Below, piece by piece: positions 52,431 to 64,000 of a stretch of 64,000 nt of DNA. Below the pieces are notes generated by a model. It did not search any database and was not told the origin of the DNA. It saw only the letters and a list, made by a program, of their open reading frames with translations. Position 1 is the stretch's first letter. Every line of letters starts with the position of its first letter. Both the position numbers and the translations under genes were made by a program. This DNA comes from Phoronis australis (taxonomy: Eukaryota; Animalia; Phoronida), in NCBI GenBank assembly GCA_002633005.1, contig NMRA01000294.1, positions 240,948 through 304,947 on the forward strand, given 5' to 3'.

Positions 52431-53076
52431 TAACAACATATAAACAAACTGTCATCATTAAAAAGACAGAAAATTGACGGCAATCATAAACCTCGTACTG
52501 TACTCCACTGTATCAAGCACCGAGGGGTGATTAATATTCTTCTTTTAAACAGAAATGGATTCCTAACTGTTGAACACAATGGATTGTAAAACGATGCACT
52601 GAGAAGTCCATCACTTAAATTCCATGGTTAATCGCGTAAAATTAATTTTCAAAGTAGTTTCACATCCCCTCAGCTTAATCTAGTTCAGTGGTATGGAAAT
52701 CACATTGTGTTGTTCAGTGACAACAATGGCGAACTATGTCACAATAAAGCACTTGACAGATATGTGAATTCACATACTGTTGTCAACGAAGTCAACCACC
52801 CGCGTGTGAATATATTTAAATTGTCTATAAAACATATGATAAGCAACCTAGAATTGAAACTGATAAGTTAACTAAAAAATTGGACCAGCTATCAGTGGTG
52901 AACTAATGATAATTTTTATCAAAGAGGCACCCGCATCAATTTCAGTGTTAATTTGTTTGAAAATCTGCCTTCGTTTGTCAAAGCCCAATGCAGGTATCCA
53001 TCAGAGAATGGCATCGTGAGGTCGACCCGATAACGAGTATACGCCATCATCAATCGTTTATGCCTAGATGCGTCTT

Positions 53077-54871
53077 CGGCGAATGATGGATGGCCATCAA
53101 AGAGCCGACTAGTTTTTGCTACAACCTCGGCGCACCTGTCCGTGGCCAAATATTGTTACAGTCTTCGTGTTGGTGAGATATGGTGGTATTCACACAGGAC
53201 GACGTGAGAGTACCGACAAGGTTACAAAGAAAAACAAACCTCCCACGTCATGTAAACGGGTCATTACTGCATGTAGATGTAACCGTACTAATTTTGAATT
53301 GCGCTCGAGTATAGGTATATCAACAAGTGTAAAGAACCATGGTGTATTCTGCAATTAAGTTGCATGACTCAATCCTACAATTCTAACGTGAAGTCGTATG
53401 ATTCAATCCTACAATTTAAACATGCTTCTTCAAAAACAAGACAATACCAGTGTTTATCATACCGCATGATTTCCGTTTTTAAAGTCAACGTTTCTAGCTT
53501 AAAATAGCTATAAGAGTACTAAATATATATACAGATGCCACCGCCAGAATTCACATCGACAACCACGTCTCTGAAAGATTCAACATAGAGAGGGGAGTTA
53601 GACAGGAGACCCAACTTCACCTAAACTATTTACACTGACAATGAAAGAAATCGTCAAATCTTCAGACCTTCAAAGGGGAGTAAACATAGACGGAGAACAT
53701 CTAACAGACCTAAGATTTGCAGACGATGTTGCTTTGTGCACAGAGGACACAATACAATTACAAACAAATTTAATTATACTGAATGAAGAAAGCAACAATT
53801 TGGGATTAAAGATACACAAGAACAAGACAAAGTACATGACAAATTTTGAAACAGATGAACAGATAATGGTGGAGAACAAGATCATTGAAAGAGTCACACA
53901 ATATAAATACCTGGGACAAACTATACAAATGGGAAACCGTATGACCAATGAAATACAAATCCGAATAAGAGCTGGATGGANCGGCGAATGATGGATGGCC
54001 ATCAAAGAGCCGACTAGTTTTTGCTACAACCTCGGCGCACCTGTCCGTGGCCAAATATTGTTACAGTCTTCGTGTTGGTGAGATATGGTGGTATTCACAC
54101 AGGACGACGTGAGAGTACCGACAAGTTTACAAAGAAAAACAAACCTACCACGTTATGTACACGGGTCATTATTGCATGTAGATGTAACCGTACTAATTTT
54201 GAATTGCGCTCGCGTATAGGTATATCAACAAGAGTAAAGAACCATGCTGTATTCTGCAATGAAGTTGCATGACTCAATCCTACACTTCTAACGTGAAGTC
54301 GTATGACTCAATCCTACAGTTTAAACATGCTTCTTCAAAAACAAGACAATACCAGTGTTTATCCGTTTTTAAAGTCAATGTTTCTAGCTTAAAATAGCTA
54401 TAAGAGTACTAAATATATATACATATGCCACCGCCAGAATTCACATCGACAACCACGTCTCTGAAAGATTCAACATAGAGAGGGGAGTTAGACAGGGAGA
54501 CCCAACTTCCCCTAAACTGTTTACACTGACAATGAAAGAAATCTTCAAATCTTCAGACCTTCAAAAGGGAGTAAACATAGACGGAGAACATCTAACAGAC
54601 CTAAGATTTGCAGACGATGTTGCTTTGTGCACAGAGGACACAATACAATTACAAACAAATTTAATTATACTGAATGAAGAAAGCAACAATTTGGGATTAA
54701 AGATACACAAGGACAAGACAAAGTACATGACAAATTTTGAAACAGATGAACAGATAATGGTGGAGAACAAGATCGTTGAAAGAGTCACACAATATAAATA
54801 CCTGGGACAAACTATACAAATGGGAAACCGTATGACCAATGAAATACAAATCCGAATAAGAGCTGGATGGA
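53077..54871. repeat. ~0.9-kb direct duplication around a single N at 53981 (probable haplotype/assembly overlap)
   Basis: 53077-53980 and 53982-54871 are colinear, with scattered SNPs, a ~15-bp indel and a 1-bp indel. Confidence 0.9.
53521..53980 (+). mobile_element. RTE LINE reverse transcriptase fragment (duplicate of the 5' part of 54411..55400)
   Basis: GVRQ (frameshift) PTSPKLF, LRFADD and YKYLG. It ends at the N. Confidence 0.85.
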
Positions 54872-55400
54872 ATTGCTTTGGAAAAAAACAGTGAAATGTT
54901 CCAAGATAAGGACATACCCATATCCCTGAAAAGAAAAGTATTTGACCAGTGCATCATCCCCACAATCACCTATGGATGCCAAACATGGACCTTAACAAAA
55001 CATAAAATTGCCAAGCGAAGAACAACACAGAGAGCAATGGAGAGAAAAATGCTTGAAATAATGTTATTAAACAGGATTCCACACACAGAGATAAGGGAAC
55101 AAACAGGAGTCATGGAGTTAATCAAGACAATTCTGAAATTGAAAACGAGGTGGGGCGGACACGTCGCCAGAGCACAGGACAACAGATGGACAAAAAGATG
55201 CACAGAGTAGCAACCCAGATATGGAAAGAGATCAAGACGACGGCCCAAAGCCAGATGGAGAGATGACATCGTGAAGACGAGAGGCACAACGTGGATGAGA
55301 GCGGCAAGAGACAGAACGAATTGGAAGGCATTGTCGGAGGGCTACATCCTGCAGTGGATGGACAATGCCAAGAGTCAGAGTCAGAGTAAGAGTCGGAGTC
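54411..55400 (+). mobile_element. 5'-truncated RTE-clade LINE with (GAGTCA)n tail
   Basis: RGVRQGDPTSPKLF, LRFADD, YKYLG, TYGCQTW, RWGGHVAR and RPKARWRDDI. There is a frameshift near 54885 and a TAG at 55208. The hexamer tail spans 55372-55400. AGTACT flanks both ends (54405-54410, 55401-55406). Confidence 0.92.
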
Positions 55401-58367
55401 AGTACTTTCATTCAATACGTTTGCATTTATACAGACTACTCGTAAATGTGATCAACAACTAGTATCTTCCCGCGCCTTATTTGCAAAAGGTTCGTAGCTG
55501 TATTTAAAAGTCTCATGATTCCCACTCCGAGATGTTGAAAATGAGGCATAATTAGAAAATGATCATGAACTACTGTAACGTGCCGATTTACTGCTTTTCA
55601 ATTTACGCCATTCCGCGGTTTCTACAGCGCGGTCTTGATAATTACTCTCGGTTTCTTTGAAGTAAGCAATTTTTTACCTTGGGGGCTGCATGCATATATC
55701 TTCAGTAAGAAAGATGATGTCAGGCTTAAACTTTCCACATTCATGTTGATTGGTTCGACGGGAACAAACTGAAGAATTTTAACTACCTGGACCAGTTACA
55801 GTCCGTGCAGATATGCACCGCATATCTATATTGACCGGAACTACTCGGCAGTGAGTTTATGGAAATGCCCTCATGAATAAGTTGACGCACTCGATTTTCT
55901 ACAGTTTTGCAAACATGTTGTGCGAAGGCTTCTAACAAAATAGTGACAAGCTGTAATATTTTGGCAACCTTCACTTTAAAGCTTCGATGTCTCCCTAATA
56001 CGTTTGAACGCGGACGTTATTATATGAACTCCATAATCTTCATTGTCATTATTATTAGGTGTATATCGATTGTATACGTCCCTGGGTTACGAGGTTATAA
56101 CTTAAAATTTTAATTTTTCCCCAAAGACACATTTGTGTTAGATCGCTAATACTACGTGATGTCTTTACAATGACTGCCAAAGATTACATGTGAAAAACAA
56201 GACTTACAAAAACATGATGTTCCTGTCACCAGGTGGATAAATCATTTACACTGAATTCGAAGTAATTAATTGGAAACGTAGCTAGCTCAATTTATTGTTG
56301 CAAAATGTAACATGGGACCAGTTAAAACATGGTGTTCCTAAGTGTTTAATGGCTGACACGATGTTCCTCAGTGTCTAACGGCTATTATTTCACAATGTGT
56401 CCAAGTCATCATTGCAAGCCTGGCGAGGTTGTAAGAACTTTAGCGCACGAGGAATTTATGGATGAAAAATTGTTCGCACAGCATCACAATGATAATGGGG
56501 ATATATAAAGAGCAACTTGAATGTCTCGATAGTCTCATTTCCGCTGCTTGACTGACGCGTCGAGGCGTGAGTGAAAATAACAGGCTGATCAGACACGGTC
56601 GTGTGCTCCATAATCCCTCCAGTGCCTTCGGACTCCATATTGAAAAATGCACAATTTGACTTCGGGATTCATTTGAAATGTTTTACATAACATTATTTTG
56701 CTCTTTGCGTCGTTTTCCCAAAGGACGTTACGGATTGTTTGCGTCTTGTTTGACCTAGATGAAACAAAACAAAAGTTGCATAAAAACGAGATGATAATGT
56801 AGAAAAAATAACTGCTGTTTTGAGATTTTGTCTTGAACATTGATTTCAAATGAAATGTAGCCAGGTTATCGATACTTTTCTTTCTTGCTAAAAGGCAGAT
56901 GTGCATTGGCCAAGAGTAAAAGTTAACAGGTTTTCTACTTTCAGAAAATATGTACTTTTCAGACTTGCACTTATAATTTTGTAGATGCTTGGCTGTACGG
57001 GCAGACTTGGGACAAGTCGGTAGGTAACCTTACAACGCCATCTATTGTATCGCTCATCGACCAAACAGCACCTAATCTTGATGCAGTCTAACGCACTCAA
57101 CCATTCTATCCATCTTACTGACTGTATACATGTAACTGTTTGTCAAAGAGCCATCTTATAAAATCGGTCTCGTACTATTCCTTACCGATATAGCAGTCTA
57201 ATTCGCCGTTTTCGAATTTGAAATTTTAGGATTCGTCACCATAAGGCTGACACGCTTTTTCAGTCGCTGATGGTTTTGATGCTCTGGCTTGTAACGGAGA
57301 TAAAATCATTCCACGGAAAAAAATAATTATGAGAATGATTTTATTATGAAAGCAGAAGTCACGATTTTCGTTTTTAGCCAGGAAAAAGGTGGATTATGTC
57401 TTTAATTTGGTACTCATTCTCAAATTACACCGAGTAAAAAGTTAAATAGTAATAACAAGGCGCTGCTCTTCATATCGAGGTTATGATATTACTCAATATC
57501 ATCAACATGGATTACAGTTAGAACACGGATAAATATGTTCAAAAGCGTCAAATCATCATCATTCATTCACGTTTAGTGTACACGCACCTGCAAACAAGAC
57601 CTCGATGTTTTTAAGTTTTCCTAGCGTAAACCATTGTTTAGTCGAAAGCTCTGACATTCGGAGTGGCTTATTAGTTGAAGTGGGTGGCAATTTGCAGGAT
57701 GCCCGGCTCACTTTGTTATCTTTCGCTTAAGCGAAAAAACATGCCGAATGCATGAATTGTATCCCAAAACTGTTAGAATCGCAATACGCTGTGACGTTTC
57801 ATGGCAGTTATTTACAGTGTTTTATATAAACAGACTGAGACCCTTAGTTCACGCAATCTTGCATACTTCAATGAATCACCCTTTGTCAAGCCGAAAGCAC
57901 TTCAAATCGGCAAGGCTTTGATAAAGCAGTCGGATCAAAACAGATCCCTCTTACTTTCAAAAATGACAGGTCTCTCAATTACTCTCTTATATGAAAAACA
58001 ATACGCCATTTGAAATCAATAGCTTACCGATGGGTGTGAATTACAAATCACTTTTATATATTCCCTTGGGATTATGGCTGCAACAAATTTCCCCTGGCCT
58101 ATTCGCAATGCGCGTTTGCAAAAAGTGAATATGTGAACCTTTGTGTTGAACGCTGTGTTCAGTGTTATATGACGCTCCTCAACAATCTCGGAAGAAAAGG
58201 AGGGTTGTACGATTTTGAAGTGAAATCATCTCACAAATAGTATTTGATGTTTATTTTTGCATTTTGGATTTCTCAAAAGAATCCACGGGATTTCATAGAA
58301 ACGTGAATGCTGCTATAAATGAACGCGTTGATAAAGGTAATAAATACTATATTTTCTGACTTAACCA

Positions 58368-59509
58368 TGACAGCGTTCTGTCGTTCAGCAACTTTTCCAG
58401 ACGTGAGGGGTTCTGAACGTGCGATAACATCTGGCTCCTTTGTTAACTACCCAGCACAGTCTTTTGTCCCGTGTGACAACAAGCAGGCCAATTATCTCCC
58501 AGGCTTCAAAGGGTTACTGAAACCTGGCAGAATGGATAGTCTTAACTTCTGTTGCAGTTGAAGGATTTTGGTGATTGGAAAACTAAATATGTTCAGCATT
58601 TGACAAGGAATTTAGAAATGCTATCATTACAACGTTCTGTCGTTCAGTAACTTTTCCAGACGTGAGGGGTGCTGAACGTGCGATAACATCTAGCTCTTTT
58701 GTTAACTGCCCAGCTCAGTCTTTTGTCCCATATGATGACACGCAAGCCAGTTATCTCCCAGGCTTCAAAGGAAACGTATGGTGGTTGCACGCTATTACCG
58801 AACGCGAGTGCGTTGGTAATCCGTTTGGACAGAATAGATTGTCTTAACTTCTGTTGTAGTTGGGATATTTTGGTGATGCAAAAACGGAGCATGATAAGCA
58901 TTTGACGAGGAATTCAGAAATGCTATTTGTTTAAGCTCAAATATGTTATAACTTANTAGAAATGCTATCATTACAACGTTCTGTCGTTCAGTAACTTTTC
59001 CAGAAAGACGTGAGGGGTGCTGAACGTGCGATAACATCTAGCTCTTTTGTTAACTGCCCAGCTCAGTCTTTTGTCCCATATGATGACACGCAAGCCAGTT
59101 ATCTCCCAGGCTTCAAAGGAAACGTATGGTGGTTGCACGCTATTACCGAACGCGAGTGCGTTGGTAATCCGTTTGGACAGAATAGATTGTCTTAACTTCT
59201 GTTGTAGTTGGGATATTTTGGTGATGCAAAAACGGAGCATGATAAGCATTTGACGAGGAATTCAGAAATGCTATTTGTTTAAGCTCAAATATGTTATAAC
59301 TTAACTTTCATTTTTATCAGTCCAGCCCAGTCAAGCTAGATACGATCTGATCGAAGATTAGAGCAATTATCGAACAACAGAGAGCCGGCCCGGCTTCAAC
59401 CCTAAATGCCAGTCGTGTCAGATATTGGCTACAGAGGTGATATTCCCAACTTTAATTGTTGTTGGGCTGTCGAATCGAACAAGTTGGGAGCAACGGGAAA
59501 ACGCCGCAA
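58368..59509. mobile_element. MITE copy (family of 6136..6667, inverted) with partial internal duplications
   Basis: Ends AACAAGTTGGGAGCAACGGGAAAACGCCGCAA, the reverse complement of 6136 onward. A diverged partial copy lies at 58368-58624. 58613-58955 is repeated at 58957-59303 across a single N. Confidence 0.75.
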
Positions 59510-62500
59510 GGTATAGGTCACGTGATGTGGCTAACATACAATGCATGGCGTGTGACTAAGACCGGAGACTAACATTTCTTGCTCGGGTCAACAAATATTC
59601 AGTTTCAAAAGTAAAAACAGGTACCACCGTGTCCTCAAAAAACCTTTCTCCTGTCTTGCCAAACACGTACATAAATTAGATAAAGCGTACTTGCATGCAG
59701 AGAAAATTTGTAGTCTGAGTCTTCGGTTTCCGTTTACGAAGACAAATATCATTTTGAATTTTTCAAAAAAATTAAATTGGACACCGGGGAACTCCACTCA
59801 ACCCAATTTAAATTCCTTGTGGTTTTCGCTCGTGTACATGTGTTTCCATTGTCATGGCAAATTATTTTTTGGGAACACAGCGACTTCAATGGTCACCTGA
59901 GGTCATTTTTAAATTTTGACCTTTCTTATCTTGGTCAAAGCAAAGGCGTGGCCTTGGTGACCTCAAGAATATACATGTATAGTGTGTTTACAGTTTACTT
60001 GGTTTTATAACTGTGTTTCAACCGTGTCCCACGACGGCTTGTCACACTTTGAGTATTGTCCAGCGTGTCTTCCAGCTAAACAAAATGTTGTGTCACTGCC
60101 GAAAGCTGTTTTGTAGCGTACAGGGAGAGCCAAGCGGCAAACAAAGCAACACGAGTGCTGGATCTACATACAAGTACACTCAACGGCGATAAAAAGTTTG
60201 TCTAAATACACATAAGATGATTAACGTGTCTCCTCATACAGTACTTAGGTCAGCTGTGTATTTCATGGTTCACAGAAATGGCTCCCCTGGTGTATTTTTG
60301 TTCAAGTTGCGCTGAACCGAACCTTGAGTCGAGTCAACCGTATACAAAACAGTAGTGGAAGTGTGTGCATATTCCAAATGTCAATGACAGGTCGGAATGG
60401 GGCAGTGGCATATCTGTAGGCAAATTGCTGCGATATATCATAATCAAGGCATTTTAATGACAAGCTAACTATATGAAACAACATTTGTGCCAGTTAAGTG
60501 GCCGCTTCTGTGATGATCGAAATTACTTTCCTACGAGCGGCAGTTAAATTGTTGGCCATTCCGCACTCAACCCAGTTTAAAAAGATCAACAGCCTTTCTA
60601 TGGCTCAGACCCTGTGTGCAGACAGATTGTGATCACGTGCCAGTTCAGTCTCAGTAGTCAACGAACTCCTCTAAACTCTTGATAAATTTAATCTTATTTT
60701 CGCAAGTTTATTGTAATCAGATCAGATCAGTTTTATTTAGGTTAAGCAGAGCAAAACTAAAGATATTACTCAATACATGCTGCAAAATCTTTTGACAAAA
60801 CGGTCGTTCTTGATTGGTATATGCATACTCACTTTAGCGTATCAAATAGAATCAGCTTAATTTCCACCAACAAAATTTAGTCTGCAGATGGTTGCCAAGT
60901 ATGATAACACCCCGCAGGTGTATTACAAATATAACCGTATTTTCATGTGATAAATTTTCACGGAGCGTTAATTACCTGTAATGACGTAGCAGAAAGAATA
61001 CCCCGTCTAACATATAGTTCCACGCCCATTCGATAAGTCGTCATTTTCCGTACGACGTCGTGTTCACGATAATGTCACACGGAAATGGACAAACATTGTA
61101 TCGAACAACCTTGAGCTGAATAAGGCACTAAGTCACGGTTCAAGCAAGTGAAAATTGTGTATACGAATTTTCTCGTGTTACAACTTACTTTATTGAATCG
61201 ACTCATATTCCTCTCATGTGCGAAAATACCATTCGACATAATATGGATTATAAGCTACTGGTCATTTATGACGTAACACCAACGCCTTCAATATAATTCG
61301 AACACCTCAGGTATTTCCGTAGCCTTAAATTCCTCCTCCGAGGTGTTGTGTTGCAGCTTCCAGTCCGCAGTCGCCTTCGGGCTACATTATCTTTCTCACT
61401 CACTTGGAACGTCAGTATGAGTTAATTGGCCTGATAGGTGCCACTACTCTCATTTAAAATGGGTCTTGGGACTACATAAATCGACATGTGTTTGCCCATT
61501 TTTGTTATTATACTGTACACAATGAATCATATACTATAAGCAGTAATACGAAGACAAAATTTGTGTATTGAAACCACTGTGTATTTACACGTATTACGAA
61601 TTAACGCGCACATATCGTAAGTGTACTATGTGTTTTCATTACATCAACGTGGAATAGTAAACGACTTTATCAGGCCCATGGTACGCCACGAGCTATATGT
61701 TGCAGAGTAAAACAAGATGATGATCATTTGCGAATAATGTCATTTATTATGACGTAAATTGAAAGAACTAAACAAGACTCTGATGGGCATGGAAAAAACT
61801 CTACCGGGGTGTACAATGAATAGCCCTGAAAATCGGAACCAAAATAAAAAAGCTGCTTGAAGGGCCAAAACAAAAAGTACAGAACATAAACACAAAACTT
61901 GAAAACACATAACAGGGAATGTATATGAGAAAAAGAAAAAAGGTGAACGGACAATGACCTGGGATGGGGGGATGCAGAGGACGAACGGAGGTCTTGTAGA
62001 CGACGAAGTAGGTGGCTGAAAGAGCTAGACCACGTTAAACTGAACGAAACGAAGGAAATATGGCCGGGGTGACCAATCAGGTGTCGCGTAGCGAAACGTA
62101 TGAATACAAAAGTAGAACCTAAATGATAAATTAGAGTTAAGTAATGAAAAATAAACCCTAAGGGTTGATAGCAAATAAAGTGACAAATGTCAAAATAATG
62201 ACGATTAATGCAGTTAGCAAGTTAAATTTAATAAAGCCGTAAGTGGGAGCAATCTGCGTTGAGTTGCTTAGTAAAATAACACAGATGCTCTGATACACGT
62301 TCCATCGGACGTGCGCAGGCAGAGTAGCACGGTCCGTTGCACCAAATATTTCAAATTTTGTTTCGTTTATTATATTAACATAAACATACAACACATAATT
62401 ATAAGGACCGAGCTGAAAAGTTAGTGACCTGACTCAAGGGGCAGCGGCACCTTGTGAACAGGAGTCGGACACTCAAGTCACTTGTCTACACTCGCTTCCT

Positions 62501-64000
62501 GCTAAGTAATATGGTCTCAGTTTCGTGACCATGAGCCACAATAGAGCGGGGACCGTACGGTCCAGGCTCTAAGTGCAAGTCCACTTGATATTGCCCAACC
62601 ATTCTCCAGTTTGCATGCCACATGACTTGCCGTAAAACTAAAGTCCTCGTTTACTTCCGCGGGCATTCGGATCAAGCTCGAGTGTTTCCGTAACCTCAAA
62701 TTAGCCGTCAGAGGTGCTTCATGTTTGGAAATGTGCGAATTAATCTCATCCAGAAAATCTTGCGGCTGTAAATTGGTGAATGACGTCGAATGCGCCGACA
62801 TCTATGATGATAGCTAGGTTAAGCATCAACCGGCACATACATTGTACATGTAAAGAAGCAGGCCACCCGTATCATTGTACGCTTACGTTTGAAAATATCG
62901 GAAACGCCAAAGTGTTCTTAAACGATTACCTCTCTGCGCGTTGAATTGTGCAAATCAACACGTACTGTTGCTTGATCAACGCGCAGTATTACTTATTCAA
63001 CACGTTGATTTAGTATGTTATGCCTATTAAAAGACATGTTTAGAGTTAGAACGTAACGCCGCGAGGAGGCCGTGGGGGAGCGCTATCTTCGAAGGTCTTG
63101 GACAGATGTTGAAAGTCTTCCGCATTTTGAGATTTGAGAGCACGTGCGTGATTGGACTATATGAACTGATTAAAATGAGGCACTGAGTAAGCAATTCTGT
63201 GCGTTAGAACAAAAAGATATCCGTTTAAGAACTATCTCAGCTCGTTGAGTAACTATTATGCTGCGAGTTGATTAAGCAAAAGTCCGTATTGAATAAGCAC
63301 ATTTCAACGCGCAAAAAGGTACTCGTTTAAGAACCTTATGACATCCACATTGCACCTGCTATGTAGATAAACCGCCTGCTACAGTACACAAATCCCTTTA
63401 TTCTTCTGATTGAAGTTCCCACATGCGCATATATGAAACATCTGGTCTCCGTTTAGTTATTTCACGCTACGAAAATACCCGCGCGTGCCACTGATGGCGT
63501 CAGTAGTGCATAAACGTTTAGGGGCTATTTTCTCAAATTCTATCGAATTCTAAAATTCATCTTATAAATTGTCATTGGTCATCTAAGGCAACAGTTTCGT
63601 AGTTATCCTTGATATTACAGAAATACATTTCAGTCAACAGTCGCATTAGCGAAAAATTGAGCTTCGGAATTTCGCCTTAACAAAATCGCATTTTGGTTTA
63701 GACGAAATGACCTTATGAAATTGGGTTGACATCATTCTAAGTCATTCCAAGGTTTTGGAAGAGCTGACGGCGTGTTATTGTATGCCCAGAACATAGTCTA
63801 AAGGAAAAACCAACTGTCTGCAAACCATTTTACTTGATTTCTGAATGGGGAAAGTTTATAGCGGTATGTGGTCTAGAATGTGACCATCCTCGACACAACT
63901 CAGGTTTATGGCAGCTTTAAACAGGGAAAGTACTGTGTAGATGCGTCCATTAGTTGTGCAGATATATACACGGCAGTTATAGTCAACTAGGCGTAATCAA

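Noticed and set aside
62517-62801. 94-aa ORF with a KHEAPL motif reminiscent of the L2/CR1 ORF2 linker
   Set aside because: It is a single short motif with no flanking endonuclease or RT motifs recognised.

Overview
This is AT-rich animal genomic DNA, probably from a marine invertebrate such as a lophotrochozoan (inference). It is not prokaryotic: I see no operons, rRNA, intact tRNA or CRISPR. Only one intact protein-coding gene is supported, a class A GPCR of the FMRFamide/myosuppressin/sex-peptide-receptor-like group with an uninterrupted ORF (45994..47322, +) and an apparent cleavable signal peptide. The rest is intergenic or intronic DNA rich in transposon relics. These include an internally deleted Kolobok carrying THAP-transposase and KolX stubs, an ISL2EU-like relic, TTAA-flanked and hAT-like MITEs, a young foldback element with a 5-bp TSD, a 5'-truncated RTE LINE, CR1/L2 and Gypsy scraps, a SINE head and several minisatellites. 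The two most unusual signals are a 336-bp Penelope-derived insertion with a minimal hammerhead ribozyme whose structure implies a tandem or circular ~250-nt template (retrozyme-like), and a roughly ten-fold excess of the palindrome TACATGTA, with one site suggesting it arises by micro-insertion. Two duplications centred on a single N are probably assembly or haplotype artefacts. All protein-family calls come from motif recognition by eye, not database searches.
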